From the NCBI GenBank assembly GCA_964016885.1, contig OZ024740.1:79236001-79300000 (forward strand): DNA of 64,000 nucleotides, given 5' to 3'. A program made the translations under genes and the position numbers. The stretch is from Eledone cirrhosa. Its lineage: Eukaryota. Of this stretch, positions 12,304 to 26,340 are shown piece after piece. Numbering within the stretch: position 1 is the stretch's first letter; each line of letters starts with the position of its first letter. The notes under the pieces are model-generated. The model made no database searches, was not told the DNA's origin, and worked only from the letters and a program-made list of their open reading frames with translations.

Positions 12304-15300
12304 CTACAGGTTTATAAACAGAGAAGGCCCAATCACTCGGGCCAGTTTTGCTACATTCACCCACCTTTCAGTAAATTTACTGGAGTGCAGTGCCTCTCTC
12401 TCCACTCTGATTTCCTTCTAAAGTGGTACCCAAAGAAGGGAATGAGTTGTTGCCCGGAGAGAAAGGCATCTGTCCTCAGTCCTCTCAATCTCGTCCACCA
12501 TATAACCTCTTTCACCATAGCCACTATACAGAGGAAAACCGCCTGTTTCATTTTTGAAAGAAGTTGGTGGTTTGATCTTACTATGGACTTGGCAGTCAAC
12601 TGGATTTGTCCCATACGCGACACCAGTTGTTCTGCGTAGTTCCACAGGTCGGGTACGCCAGGGCAGTGTACAATTGCGTGCAAGACGGTTTCAATGTCCT
12701 GCTCGCATCTTGAACACGTCCTCTTGGAAGGATCCCTGCCGGGGCATCCGTGCCTGTAGATCTTGTCTCTAACTGGTAGAGCTCCTCAGTAGCACTGCCA
12801 GGACAGGGACCTCTGGAAGTTGTCCTTAGGTCCCGGGCGGAAAGTCCTACCAAACAGACTGGTGAGTTTGTCGTCTTTGACTCCGAGAGTTTCTTTGCGC
12901 ACGTCGTCGCCCTTGTGACGTACTAACCCTCTATAGAATGTCGAAGTAGAGTCTCCACTGATTGCCGTGCCCGCTTGACAGAGGACTGTGAAGGCTTGAG
13001 CGCATTCAATGTGCCAGGCGCCCATCTTCTTCGGTCTCCGCTTGACCCAGAACTGCAGCTCCGTCAGCGAGACAAGTTGCGGGAAGGCCTGTCTCACAAG
13101 CGGTGCCCACACCGGTTGGTCGGTGAGGAATACCTGGAGATGCCGTAGCCTCAGCGCATGTTTGCGCATCATCATCCACGGCATTTCCGGCCCTCCGTTG
13201 GAAGGGTGCTGACAGCAAACGGATCTCCCCACCAGTGGAGCCTGCTTCTTCCAAAGGAACTGGAAGAGCATGCGTTCCATCTTGGTGAGGTGTTCACGGG
13301 GACAAGGCACGACGGTCAAGCGGTAGTAGATGACGGACGCTATGAAAGTGTTCGCCACCTCTGCTCGACCTTTCAAGGATAGCTTGCACTCTGCCCACTT
13401 CTGGGTGAGCGCAAATAACTTGGCCGTGACCTCGTTCCAGTTTTTCTCCACCTGGTGGTCCGGACCGAACCAGACCCCGAGCAATTTGACCGGTCCGTCC
13501 GTCCAGCGTCCGACGACGCTGTCGGACGGCATCGGTTTGCCTCTCCACGTTCCGAGTTGCAAACCGACAAACTTGTCCGGGTTCAGTTTTGCTCCTGTGA
13601 GCCTTTCGTATTCCTGCAGTAAGTTTCCGATCTCCCCGATTTCTGAGGTTTCCGACACATTTACTGTCACGTCGTCGGCATAAGCCGACGCTGCTTTCCG
13701 CAGTCCCGGTTCCAACGGGATGCCTTGCAGCAGCTCCAACTTCCGCAGTAGTGGCTTCAGAGTCAGCACTTACAGAATGGAGGAGAGAGGACATCCCTGT
13801 CGGATGGAACGCGTGATTGCGAACGGCTCCGCTAGGTAGCCGTTCACCTTGACCGTCGAGCAGATGTTGGTGTGCATTGCAGTGATCCAGCCTCTAAAGA
13901 CGGGTCCGAAACTGGCCGCCTTGAGAACCGCTTCCAATTATCGATGGTCGACCCTATCGAACGCCTTGGACTGATCTAAATTGATCAGAGGCACACCGAA
14001 ACCGGGTTTACACCCCACCCTCTCTATGACGTATCGCATGAGGTGGAGGTTGTCGTGTATGGACCTGGTCGGGATTGCACACGTTTACGCTTTCCCTTCC
14101 AGGTTCTCGACGACAAGCGCCAACCTCGTTGCCAACACCTTGGCCAAAATCTTTAATTATGTGTTGAGCAGAGTTATGGGCCTAAAGTTGCTTAGTTCCT
14201 CCCCCTTGTTCTCGTCTTTCCTGATCAGCGTTACTACGCCCCTGCCTGCAGACTGGGAATTCTCCCGTTCTGCTGCCAGTTGCAGTAGACAGCTTCGAGG
14301 ACGCCAGAGAACAAGTCCGGCATTCCTATGTAAAACTCATAGGGTAGACCATCTAGACCGGGTGATTTGCGTTTCCCGCAGCGGCCCAGAGCGTCCTGTA
14401 TCTAGTGTCAGTGATCGGTTTTTCGCAGAACTCGGCGTCCATGCTCGAGAGACACGGCAGGCCGTCGAGGTATGAACCGAAGTCCATTTCCCCGTTCGAC
14501 GCACCGCCTCCCTGCTGGAACAGTTGCACAAAGTGCCGCTGAAAGGCCGCACACATCCGCTTGGGGTCAAGTAGCACGCATCCGTTTTGGTCTTTCAAAC
14601 ACCGAGTCGTGGACTTGTTGCCACTTTTCGCCTCTGCCACTTGGGCCCAGCTAACAGCTTTTGCTCCCTCGTTTCCTAGAGCACGTGATTTACTTCTGAC
14701 CACGCAGCCGTCATGTTTCGCGTCGAAGAACTGGTCCAGTGCCGTTCTCGTTGCTAGCACTTTAGCTGCGTTTCCACTCCTAAGCGCCTCCTCTACCTTG
14801 CCTTATAGTTCTGTTTCTGTTTTGTTTTTCTCTAAGGCTAATTTTCTGCTAAAGTCTATCGACTCTACTCTAATTGCTCTCTTGAGAGAGTACCATCATC
14901 TGTTGTTGACGATGAGTCCTGTCAACTGTTGCTTAATTAATCTACTTATCCGTTCACTGTAGGCTTTACGAGTCGGTAGCAACACGTTCAGCTTCCAGTA
15001 TCCGGGTCCTTGTCTATGTATTCTATCACGGTTGACTATGCAGATGACTAGTTTGTGGTCTGAATAGGCAACCATGTTCATTTGTGGACAGCTTAACATC
15101 CTGTCTCTCTCTCTAATAAAACACCTGTCTAAATACGATCTAGATGTCCCGCTGCGGTTTCTCCACGTCCACTGTGGTGCAGTCGGGAATACTAGTCGAT
15201 ACCTATCGGCCAGTTGGACATGATCCTACATAGACTTATCGTGCGTCTAGGATACCATTCCAGTCCCCCACTAAAAGCAAGGAGCAAGACGTTCCCAGAA

Positions 15301-15685
15301 AAGACTCTAGACGCTTAAAGAAGTCTGGCCGCGATTGCCCAGTCGGGGCATAAACGGCCACCAGTCTGAAGGCTCTACCTCCAACACTGTTCACGTCTAG
15401 GACTACCAGTCTACTCTCCGGGTCCAAGTGTACTTGCTGTACTTCGAGGTCCAGGTTTTTCCGAAACATGACAGCCACTCCCCGTCCACCTCCTGGCTGA
15501 CAGAGAGATGCGTAGATCTCAAAGTCATTGAAGATGGGGGTTAGTTGCTGCCTGTTGTGGATCCTGGACTCGGTGATGGCTATCACATCCATACCGTGTG
15601 ACCTAAGGTCGTTTAAAAGTTGGCCCTGTTACCAGGGCCTCCCTAGGCCACGTACATTCACGCTTCCAACTCGTAAATTAGCCAT
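12304..15685 (-). pseudogene. Tx1 ORF2 (APE endonuclease, RT, zinc finger), disrupted
   Basis: MANLRVGSVNVRGL, VGDWNGILD, SDHKLV, GYWKLN, YADD; many stops and frameshifts. Confidence 0.92.
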
Positions 15686-15727
15686 GTTGGTGGAGAAGAG
15701 TTGGCGAAAAAGGACGAAAAGATGCAC

Positions 15728-17480
15728 TTACCTTTTCGTTTCCTGGAGATCGGGTTGTTCAATCTCCATTTGGGTGCTGGTGGGGGTGTTGGGTGGGGTG
15801 TTGAAACATTTTAATAGGACGCGGTTTATGGGTTTATGACAGGGGTTGCCCACGTCTTGCGAAAATTCAGTTTTCAGTTCACTATATGTTTCCATGGAAA
15901 CCCTTATCAGTTTGAGGTGTGGAGACGATTCTGCTTTAAGGAAAGTTTTTCCCTCCGTCTCCACCTTGGGGTTTTGGGAGGTGACCTCCATCAAATTCTT
16001 GTTGTTGGTGTTGATGTATGCGTATTGTTGTTTGTGTTTTTGTTGTGTTGTTTTAGTTTGTTGTTCGTCCGGGAGTTTTCTTTTTATGGTGGGTGCTTGT
16101 GTTTGGGGTGGTGTTGGTGTTTGTTTTGCTGGTAGGGAGGGGCGTGATTGTGGTGTTGTTTGTGTTGTTGTTTGTATTGGTGGTTGTGTGTTGGTGTTGG
16201 TGATTGGTGTTTTTTGTGCTTTGCGGTGCCACTTTTTTTGTTTTGTTTTTTTTATTTTCGAGGCTGTCCTTCATCTTCACTTGGGGATGAAGAAGTAGCC
16301 TCGTCTGACGATGATTCGTCATCAGGAGCTTGCGGTAGGGGGATGTTGTGTGGTGATGGTGTGTTTGTGTGTGTGTTTGTGGTAGTGTTGGATGGAGTAG
16401 GATGGGGTGGGACTGTGTCCTTCGGGGGAGTTGTATGTGTTTTTCCTGCTGTTGATGGTTGAGTGGCTGTTTGTTTTGGTGTGTTTGCTTGTTTTGTGTT
16501 GTGGTTGTTGTTGTGGTGGTGGTGGTGGTTGTTTTGGTGTTGGTGTTGGTAACAATATTTTGGGGGGATTGTTTTTTTAAAGTGTGTCTGTAAAGGGAAG
16601 GAGGCCTTTAGATGCGATGTATTGTTACATCGGAAGCAGTGTGGTCTTCTCCTTCGGTCGAAATGTTGATGTGGCTGTTGTTGTCGACCAGCACTCTTTC
16701 GGGTATTTTGAAGATTCTCTCCGGCCTCATTTGAACCAAATCTCTAAATCTGTACCAGACCACGTGTATCTGGTTGATTTCTTGATGGAGAAGATGTTAT
16801 CCTCTCCTTGTTCCAAGAATCCTGCCAGGTATGTAGGGAAAAAGGTGTATTTTTTTGACAGTATCGATATCACAGAATATTTTTGTGCGAGGGCCTCGCT
16901 TTTGAGGAGCACCGAAATACTCCCATATTGTTTGGCCCTCTGCATAAAGTCTATATTTGGCAATATCTCCTTCAAGGTTGCTTCAATTTCCTCTTGACTG
17001 AGGAATGCTGGTCTTTTTGTTTCATTTGAAACAGTTCTGAAGGTTACTGTCCTTCTAAGTGTTTCAATTCTGATTTCCGGGGATGAGTTTATTTTAAATC
17101 CATCTTGTTCTAAAATGATGAATTTCCTCCCCTCAGACAACATTTGTCTTGCATAGTGATATCTATATCCTTGAAGTCTTGTTTGTTTATGACTGTTTCT
17201 GCAAAAGTTATTTTTTTGTGTTGTTGTTGTGGTTGTGGTTGTCAGTTTTTCCATTTGTAGTTGTGTCAATTGTTTTATTTTCTGTTGTTGTTGGTGTCTG
17301 TTGTACACTGTGTGGTTCAATTTTGTTTTTATTACATACTTCACTTTCGTGAAACAAAACCTTGTTGTCATTATTCGTAGCTACATTGATGCAGGCAGAG
17401 CTTGTAGCAACGTTAAAGTCTATTTCTTTCTTTCTTTTTTCTTTCTCAACGTTCGCTAGCGTTCCTTGTACGCTAGCCAT
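15728..17480 (-). pseudogene. Tx1 ORF1 (RRM-like region and degenerate zinc knuckle), disrupted
   Basis: Homologous to ORF1 of copy E (AQKYSV..FFPTY, NP.VETEG, ends Q.TKR*); knuckle remnant CFRCNNTSHLKA. Confidence 0.8.
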
Positions 17481-17554
17481 TGTTGATGGCAAAATATTAA
17501 AAATGAGATTGCCACCCAGCTGATAATTCAGTCTGGAGGTTAATCTACAAAATT

Positions 17555-17997
17555 GTGTGCGTACAAAAATAAGACATTACAAGACGTGACGGCGGGGATT
17601 TTACATATAACTTTAACATTAATAAATAATAATAAACTATATATAATAAAATAACAATTGAAATCCCCAATAGGGGGGAACGTTACTGCAAGGTTGTTTT
17701 ACACCCCGTGGATAGAACAACCCTCAACACCAGGAACACGTTTTGTAGGTGTTCCTGTCTTCCCTCTGTTTATCTTCTTCAACCTACAGGTTTATATACA
17801 GAGAAGTCCCATTCACTCGGGCCATTTTTGCCACATTCACCCACCTTTCAGCGAATCTACTGGGGTGTAGCACCTCTCTCTCCACTCTCACCTTCCTTCT
17901 GAAGTGGTACTTAAAGAAGGGGACAAGTTGTTCTCCGGAGAGAAAGGTGTTTTCCTTCAGTCATTTTAACCTCGTCCACCATATTACCTCTTTCGCC
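17555..17997 (-). mobile_element. 5'-truncated Tx1 3' fragment (B), head-to-tail with copy A
   Basis: Homologous to 12090-12515 (ORF2 end EVIWWTRL and 3' UTR). Confidence 0.85.
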
Positions 17998-18038
17998 TAG
18001 ATATATATATATATATATATATATGGAAGGAAGAGAGA

Positions 18039-18147
<109 letters not shown>

Positions 18148-18271
18148 TGTGTGAAATAACATTTATTCAAACCTATTCGGTTTTCGCTGCCGATCCAAAT
18201 ACGACTAATCATAAGATATTTGAAGGATGAATATATATTATACCGAAAACAATTAAAAGATACCAGATATG

Positions 18272-18466
<195 letters not shown>

Positions 18467-19304
18467 TAATAGGTTGAAAAATATAAATATTTTAGATATT
18501 TCCTTATTTACCGATAACATACATGTATGCTTCTGTGAAATATTTCCACGAAACATTCTTCTGCAATCTCCTGTGGTGAACCTATAAATACATAAAATTG
18601 TTAAAACTACCGAATGTTTGATTAAACATATTTACTGAAAGCTGCAATGTTATTGACGATGGGGAAAATATGTAAAGAATTAGTATTGATATGGCATAAT
18701 ACTTGATGTAGTTAAAGATTAAATATATAAATAAGTGGCTTTGTTTAGTGGTTGATAGTATTATTTCTTTGTAATGAAGTTGTTGTACTAGTTTGTCGAG
18801 TCTTAAAAAGTATATTTATTATTTGTCATTCTATATATATGTAGATAATACTAGCTATATGAAAAGGATTTTTTGTTTATCGTTTAAATAAAATAAATAA
18901 ATACATATACACACACACATATACACACAAACACACACACATATACACACAAACACACACACACACCACGTACACACACACACACACACACACAAACACA
19001 CCATGTACGCACACACGCACACATACATACACATAACTCATGCACAAACCAAGTAGACAGCACACAACACAAAAACAACAAGATGGTGTAGGACAGAACA
19101 AAGGAGAGACACAAAATAACAAATTAGTCGCTGAGGAGGTCACAAAATGTGTGACGAAAGAACTTTGACTATGTATAAACAATCATCCTGTTATTGAACC
19201 AACAGACTGGACATTTGTAAGAAATTGAAGTGAAAACCAACAGGTGCGTGTGCATTTGACAGCATATAACAATATGTGTGTGTGTGTGTATATATATATA
19301 TATC

Positions 19305-19647
19305 ATTCATCATCATCATTTCATTTTACGTCCGCTTTTCCCTGCTTGCAAGGGTGGGACGGCAACTGATTCTGGCTTGATTTCTACAGCTGGATGCCCT
19401 TCCTAACGCCAACCTCATTTACAGTGAGTGCTGGGTGCTTTTTTGCCGTGACAGCTCCACGGCCACTTTGCAGTGGAATGATATGGACCCCAGTCCCCAT
19501 CATCTCACTTCTACAGCTGAGTAAACTGGAGCAATGTGAAATAAAGTGTCTTGCTCAAGGAAACAACACGTCACCCGGTCTGAGAATTGAACTCACAACC
19601 TTTCGATTGCAAGCCCAATGCTCTAACCACTAAGCCATGTGCCTCCA
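19305..19647 (-). mobile_element. Second SINE family (tRNA head, CORE/V-like middle, RTE-like tail, (GAT)n end)
   Basis: Minus strand: TGGCTTAGTGG A box, GAGTTCAATTC B box, CCTTGAGCAAGACACTT, GTTGGCGTTAGGAAGGGCATCCAGC. Confidence 0.85.
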
Positions 19648-20152
19648 TTTGTATATAACAAAGAGGGTGTGGTAAGATACCAGGTGGACCATATCGCACC
19701 AGAGTACTCGATAGTTGGGGTAGTCGAGTGGGTAATAGAAAAAGAGTCAGTACTCCGACGGTTGAGCTCCGGCCGTTTCGACAGCTAGACCCAAACTAAG
19801 CTACCAGTATGACGTATATATATATATAATATATATACACGTAGAGGTCGTTTAACTCAATGTCTTAGAGCGCTCAGCCGGAATTCGAGAAGTATGAAAT
19901 TCAATTCATCATTGCGGTTATTGGCCACTTTTTCCGTCTATAGGTGTATTTTACTAAGTTACTATACATAGTTATTTTCTGCATTTGAGATTCCTACATT
20001 TTCTAAGAATATCTGTGTGTGTGTGAGTGAGAGAGATAGAGTGTGTGTGTGTGTGTGTGTGTGAGTGAGAGAGATAGAGTGTGTGTGTGTGTGTCTGTCT
20101 GTGTTCATGTATCTATTTATATGTATGTATGTATACAATTATATATACATAT

Positions 20153-20222
<70 letters not shown>

Positions 20223-20575
20223 GTGAGTGTGTGTGTGTGTGTATGTGTAATTTATACATACATATATAGAAAGCGAGGGAGAAACACAGACAGGGAGGGA
20301 CAGACAGACAAAATCAGATTACATAGCTATCAGCAATAATTGACCTATCACATGTCTGAATGTTATTATGTAATGTTGATGGTAACTTGAAAAACACGTT
20401 CCACTGGGCTGGGGGGGGGGGGGGGGGGCAACTGATCGGCGTTTCAAGTCAACAGTGAGTCGTATTGATGTTGGCAAAGCTAGAAATAAAGATAAATAAC
20501 TGAGAGCTTTAAAAAAAAAGAAATAAGAACAGGAAATGTGTAAGAGATAAAAGCAATGATATATATATATATATA

Positions 20576-20624
<49 letters not shown>

Positions 20625-20716
20625 CAAAAGAGATATTCAATTTGTTGGTAATTCAACAAATATAAATGTTTATAACTGATTCGAAGCACTCGACAAGTTT
20701 TCTGGAGTATAATATT

Positions 20717-20946
20717 CAATGATATTAAATAAATGGAAACTATATTTATCAAACCATATTTATTCTATTATATATATTTCAAGGGTACCAAAACTTTGGT
20801 ACGCTCTCATCAGATAAAATACAAAGTTTGTTTTATAAATATTGACATAACCAGGAAAAACTTGAACCGTTAAGGTACCCTTGAAATATATATAATAGAA
20901 TAAATATGGTTTTATAAATATAGTTTCCATTTATTTAATATCATTG
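20717..20946. repeat. Inverted repeat with ~73-bp arms overlapping a hammerhead
   Basis: 20717-20789 versus 20874-20946. Confidence 0.9.
20761..20821 (-). ncRNA. Minimal type-I hammerhead ribozyme
   Basis: TATTTTAT-CTGATGA-GAGCGTACCAAAGTTTTGGTACCCTT-GAA-ATATATAT-A|ATAGAATA: 8-bp stem I, long stem II, palindromic stem III. Confidence 0.75.
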
Positions 20947-20955
20947 TATATATAT

Positions 20956-20998
<43 letters not shown>

Positions 20999-21124
20999 AT
21001 ATACTGTATATTTATATTTGCGTGTGTATATATATATATATATATATATATTGACACCTCCTTCCTACTCATTGCCGTTTTTAATGTTTCCTTAATGTGA
21101 GCCCTGTGTGGCCAATAAATATAA

Positions 21125-21239
21125 CCGCGGTTAACTTTGGCTTTTATCCTTACGGGGTCGATAAAATAAAGTACCAGTAATTCACTAGGTAATTGCTGGC
21201 CTTGTGCCAAAAGTAGAAACAATTATTATTATTATTATT
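21125..21239 (+). mobile_element. 5'-truncated SINE whose (ATT)n tail abuts the R4/Dong element
   Basis: Core and tail motifs present. Confidence 0.8.
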
Positions 21240-24200
21240 GTTCTTTGAGTCTCAGTCATTGATGTTAGTTAACTGGAAAGTTTGTTGAAATGAATATCAA
21301 GCCACTACCTGCAGCCTCAGATATTCAGGACGTATCGGAGGATTCTTGCTGTTCCCAGCAAGCATGCTTTTGAAGCGTTCCAAAAAGCGTGGCGGGGCCA
21401 ATTTTCTTTAACCATCCCTGGAAACTATTTGAGATAGTACCTAGTGCGCCTATGACAATCGGGATCACTTTGACTTCATGGCAGTTCCAAATCCTTTTTA
21501 CCTCCCACTTTAAGTCCTGGTATCGGTTAATTTTCTCCCTCTCCTTCTCTTGCACTCTCGTGTCGAATGGGCAGGCCACATCCACAATCAGGCACGATCT
21601 TTTTTCTTTGTCCAAAACCACCAGGTCAGGTCTATTGTGTTCCAGTTTCTTGTCCGTCTGTATCCTAAAATCTCACAGCACCTTCACCTGATCGTTTTCT
21701 ATCACCGACTCTGGCTTATGCTCATACCACTTCTCAGAATGTGGTAAATTGTTTACTTTGCATAGGTGCCAGTGGATCACCCTGCCCATCACATCATGTT
21801 TCCAGCCCTTATAGTGAGTCTGGGCTAGGTGTTTACACTCGGATACAATGTGAGCCACAGTCTCCTCTCTCTCTCCACAGATCCTGCACAGTGGGCTAGC
21901 CTCCTCCTTGTAAATGTGGTGTTTCAACCACTTCCTTTTGAGGGCCTGCTCCTGCGTAGCCATTAACATTCCTTCTGTAGCCTTTTTAAGGTCTCCTCTT
22001 TTCAACCAGTTCCATGTCTGTGGATCTCTAAATTCAGTTTTCTCAAAGAAGGTACTATGAAGGGATTTTTCCTGAAGGCTGCTATTTCTCCTTGATGTTA
22101 TTTCCTCCTTGGACATCCCCTGGCCTATTGTCCCTTCCTTCAGTACAGTTCTGAGCATTGGCTCCTTACTATCAGTCACGTATTTGTGTAGGTTGTTTTT
22201 CTCCATCTGAACACAGTCCTCTATGCTGATAAGACCTCTTCCACCTTCAGATCTCCTTAAGTAGAGTCTATCGACATCACTCCTCTTGTGGAACATATTG
22301 TAGATAGTCAATAGCTTCCTAGTCTTCCTATCCATTTCTTTTTGTTCAGCAACATTCCATCTCAGAATTCCCGCACTGTACCTAATAATAGACACAGCTC
22401 GGGAATTTACTGCACTTATGGCATTCCTACTGTTCAGATGTGACTTTAATACGCTCCTCACTCTCCGAAGGTATTCAGTTCTTATCAATTCCTTCATTTT
22501 TTTGTTCTTGATGTCATCAGCCTCCAGAACGCCCAAATACTTGTATCCTTCCTCAGAGTCAATTTCCTTTATAATCTCACCTGTTGGTATCTGGATTCCG
22601 TTACTTCTGCTCAACTTACCCCTCCTCATCACAATGACTCCACACTTACTAATACCAAATTGCATACATATATCATTGCTGAAAATACGGACGTGTCAAC
22701 AAGCACATCCAACTCCTTCTCACTCTTCCCGAAGAGCTTAAGATCGTCCATGAAGAGGAGGTGATTGATGGTAAGCCCTCCCTTTCCCAACCTGTATCCT
22801 GCTCTCACTTTTCGCAGTACACTGGTCAGGGGCATCAGGGCAAGGACAAACAACAGAGGGGACAGACTATCTCCCTGGAAGATACCTCTCTTGATCTTCA
22901 CGCTTCCCAAGGATTCTCCAGTTGATGTTAACTCTGTTTCCCAGGACTTCATACTTTTGCCCAACAACTGTCTGATGTTATCTGCCACCTTGAAGATCTC
23001 CAGGCTTTTGGTGATCCAAGAATGAGGCACCATGTCAAATGCCTTTTTGCAGTCTATCCATCCCATGGCAAGACCTGTGTGTCTCCTCTTGCAATTCCTC
23101 ATTACCATCTTATCAATAAGTAACTGGTCCTTTGTACCACGTGACTTCTTTCGGCATCCTTTCTGTTCGTCCGGTAACAAGTTGTTTGTGTGGAGGTGAT
23201 GGTAGATTTCCTCAGACATAATGCTTGTCAACAGTTTCCACATTACGGACAGACATGTGATAGGTCTATAGTTGGTAACATCATTACCCTTGATTCGGTC
23301 TTTCATTATCAGAACTGTGGTACCATTTGTCAACCACTCTGGTACCTCACCTGACATCAAGCAGTCATTGAACATGGTTGTCAGTTTCGGGTGGAGGGAT
23401 GTTATGTTTTTAATCCAATACCCCTGCACACCATCTGGGCCAGGTGATTTCCAGTTGGTTAGTTTTTTGGCCAGCCCCTTAAGAGTTTCAACTGTGATAC
23501 ACAAATCAGTTTGTTGGTGTGCCTGTTCACTGATCTCCTTCTGTACTATCTCAATCCACACTGCCTGGTCATTATGTTTAACATCCTGCTCCCATATTCC
23601 TCTCCAGAATGTTTTAGTTTGTTCCGCCTCAGGGATCAAGTCGTTGCCTCTTTCTTTCCCTTCAAGCTGTCCAAACAGCATCTTCTGGTTGTTGTCGAAC
23701 ATGCGGTTCTGTCTATACTGACTGACTCTGTTCTCGTATCGCCTGATTTTTGCACTCTTTGCTACAATGCGTTGCTTCAGTTCCTCTATGATAATATTTA
23801 GCTTTTTCCTCCTAGTTTTGTACTTTATTTCCAGTCTATTTTTAGTGTCTATGTTTTTTAGTGTCCCATTCAGTAGGAACTCAAGCTTTCCAATGTCATT
23901 TCTCATTTCCCTGATTTGACCACTCAGTCGTTTCTTCCACCAAGGCTCTGCTCTTTCTTGTCTGTTGTTTCCTCTCGCTTTTATACCAAGTAGTTTCCTC
24001 ACCGTATTTGCTGTTGCCTTGAGGATATTGTTGCACTGGTGAAGGCTCCTCGCCTCAAGGTATGGGATGACTTTGTTTACCTTAGCTGTTGTTTCTTTTA
24101 ACTTTTTCCTGTCTACAAATCTTAGGTTCATAGGTCTCCCACTATCATTGTTCAATTCATCTACCACTAAGTTTAGGATAGCTACCAAATCTTGTCCTAG

Positions 24201-24740
24201 CCCGTCAGCATTCATCTCCTCAGTGGCCGTATCTCTGTTCCAGGTATTATTTATCTCAGCATTCAGATCATTGTCTGCTTCGGGTGGTTCCTCCGTTCTC
24301 TCGACCTCTTCACTTTCATTTCCCACTGGCTCGTTTGCCTGGCATACTCCACCCTCCATCTCCAAGCTAATCTCTCTGCTCAGTTCCTCCAGTTCCAGCT
24401 CTCTTATCCACCCATTAGTTCTTATTACCCGAGCCTGCCCGGCCAGTTTTTGTTCATCTAATTTAAATGGACCAATCTCGTTCCAGATGTTATGCATCCT
24501 TTTCCTATAGCCTTTCTCCTTGGGGTTACTCTTCAAGTAACATTGCATAACAGTTTTATTCAATTCTTTCGTCCAGTTGGTTCTGGTCCCTTTCCTTCTT
24601 CTTCTTCCTTCGACACCAGCAGTATTGGTTGACAGCCAGGTCCCTGCTGCTGAGCCAGGGAGCACCTGTTGGGTGAGAGTCTGTCACATGACATTCTAGT
24701 CTCCATTTCACCGTTATTCGAACTGTTTAGGTTCGACATT
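21240..24740 (-). mobile_element. R4/Dong-clade non-LTR retrotransposon (RT plus restriction-like endonuclease)
   Basis: Single long ORF with few lesions; the 3' end runs into (TAA)n, the known Dong target type. The 5' boundary is approximate. Confidence 0.85.
21325..24706 (-). pseudogene. R4/Dong polyprotein: RT, CCHC finger, PD-(D/E)xK endonuclease
   Basis: WKSPGPDG, NYRPITCL, QGDSLSPLLF, FMDDLKL, CRICGEREETVAHIVSEC, KHD, RPDLVVLD..LIVDVACP. Frameshift near 22690, stop at 21673, probable frameshifts near both ends. Confidence 0.9.
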
Positions 24741-25029
24741 TAAACACTCTTATCGAGGATGGCGAATGTATGGTTACATAATCACCGGTGAATTACTTGT
24801 CTCCGGTGATTTCGTCACGCCACGTGACTTTTGTGTGGCATTATCACGCTGTAGACGAACCCAAATAAACAAACAAACAGGCAGAAAAAACCCCAAAAAT
24901 GAATAAGCATAAGTTTCATTGTAATGTAGTGTTTGAATGTCTGACTTATTTTTTCCCTTCCCTTCTCTGTCCGTCCGTTTGTTTTTCTCTTCATTTTTAT
25001 TTCCTTTACGTTTTTCGTTGTTGCTGTGC

Positions 25030-26340
25030 TGCTTTTATTTTTATTTTTTATTTTTTTATTTTGACCGGGTCATCAATTCAGTCTATTTATATATTTTGAT
25101 GCCTTCCTCTTTTAGTGAGAATTCTACAATGTAGCAGGGTCTAGCGGGAGAGAAAAGCGGTGGTAGGGACAATGAGGCAGCGGCGGCGATGGCGGTGCTG
25201 TGCCAGCAGCAACTAGCAGGAGGTAGTGGGAGAGAATAGCGGCGGTAGCGATAATGAGGCAGCGGTGGTGGCGATGTGGTCGTTTTACTGTAGCGATGGT
25301 GTTGAAGATGGAGTAGAAATTTGAGTCGACTTGACCAGAGTTTTCATCGTGGCAGTGGTGGTGACACTGGTGGTGAAATTATCTTTAGCGAAATTATCAT
25401 TAATCGCGTATATGTGTTGACATATTTTTCTTAATATTGGAATTAAATATTTTGTTAAAACTAAAACTTGATTTTTATTTTTTATTTTTTTTTATTTTGA
25501 CTGGGTCATCAATTCAGTCTATTTATATATTTTGATGTTTTCCTCTTTTAGTGAGAATTCTACAATGTAGCAGGGGGTAGCGGGAGAGAATAGCGGCGGT
25601 AGTGATATTGAGGCAGCGGTGGTGGTGGCGGTGCTGTGCCAGCAGCAACTAGCAGGAGGTAGTGGGAGAGAGTAGCGGCGGTAGCGATAATGAGGCAGTG
25701 GTGGTGGTGATGTGGTCGTATTACTGTAGTGATGGTGTCGAAGTTGGAGTAGAAATTTGAGTCGACTTGATCAGAGTTTTCATCGTGGTAGTGGTGGTGG
25801 TATTGGTGGTGAAATTATCTTTAGTGAAATTATCATTAGTCGCGTATATGTGTTGACATATTTTCCTTAATATTGGAATTAAACATTTTGTTAAAACTAA
25901 AACTTGATTTTTATTTTTTAATTTTTTTTATTTTGACCGGGTCATCAATTCAGTCTATTTATATATTTTGATGTTTTCCTCTTTTAGTGGGAATTCTACA
26001 ATGTAGCAGGGGATAGCGGGAGAGAATAGCGGCGGTAGTGATATTGAGGCAGCGGCGGCGGTGGTGGTAGCGGTGCTGTGCTAGCAGCAACTAGCAGGAG
26101 GTAGTGGGAGAGAATAGCGGCGGTAGCGATAATGACGCAGCGGTGGTGGTGATGTGGTCGTATTACTGTAGTGATGGTGTTGAAGTTGGAGTAGAAATTT
26201 GAGTCGACTTGACCAGAGTTTTCATCGTGGTAGTGGTGGTGGTATTGGTGGGGAAATTATCTTTAGTGAAATTATCGTTAGTCGCGTATATGTGTTGACA
26301 TATTCCCTTAATATTGGAATTAAACATTTTGTTAAAACTA
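25030..26340. repeat. 436-bp tandem repeat, 3 diverged copies
   Basis: GGGTCATCAATTCAG at 25067, 25503 and 25939; each unit has an internal duplicated GGGAGAGAATAGCGGCGGTAG block. Confidence 0.93.

Larger units (their letters stand above)
12070..17550 (-). mobile_element. L1/Tx1-clade LINE, copy A (decayed, near full length)
   Basis: ORF1 plus APE-RT ORF2; 3' end GGCAAATAAAGAAAT abuts (TATC)n/(TC)n/(TA)n. The 5' boundary is approximate. Confidence 0.93.

Noticed and set aside
15683-15730. Stop-codon readthrough as the general ORF1-ORF2 link
   Set aside because: The spacer is in frame and open only in A; E has a second in-frame TAA and the C/D spacers are out of frame.
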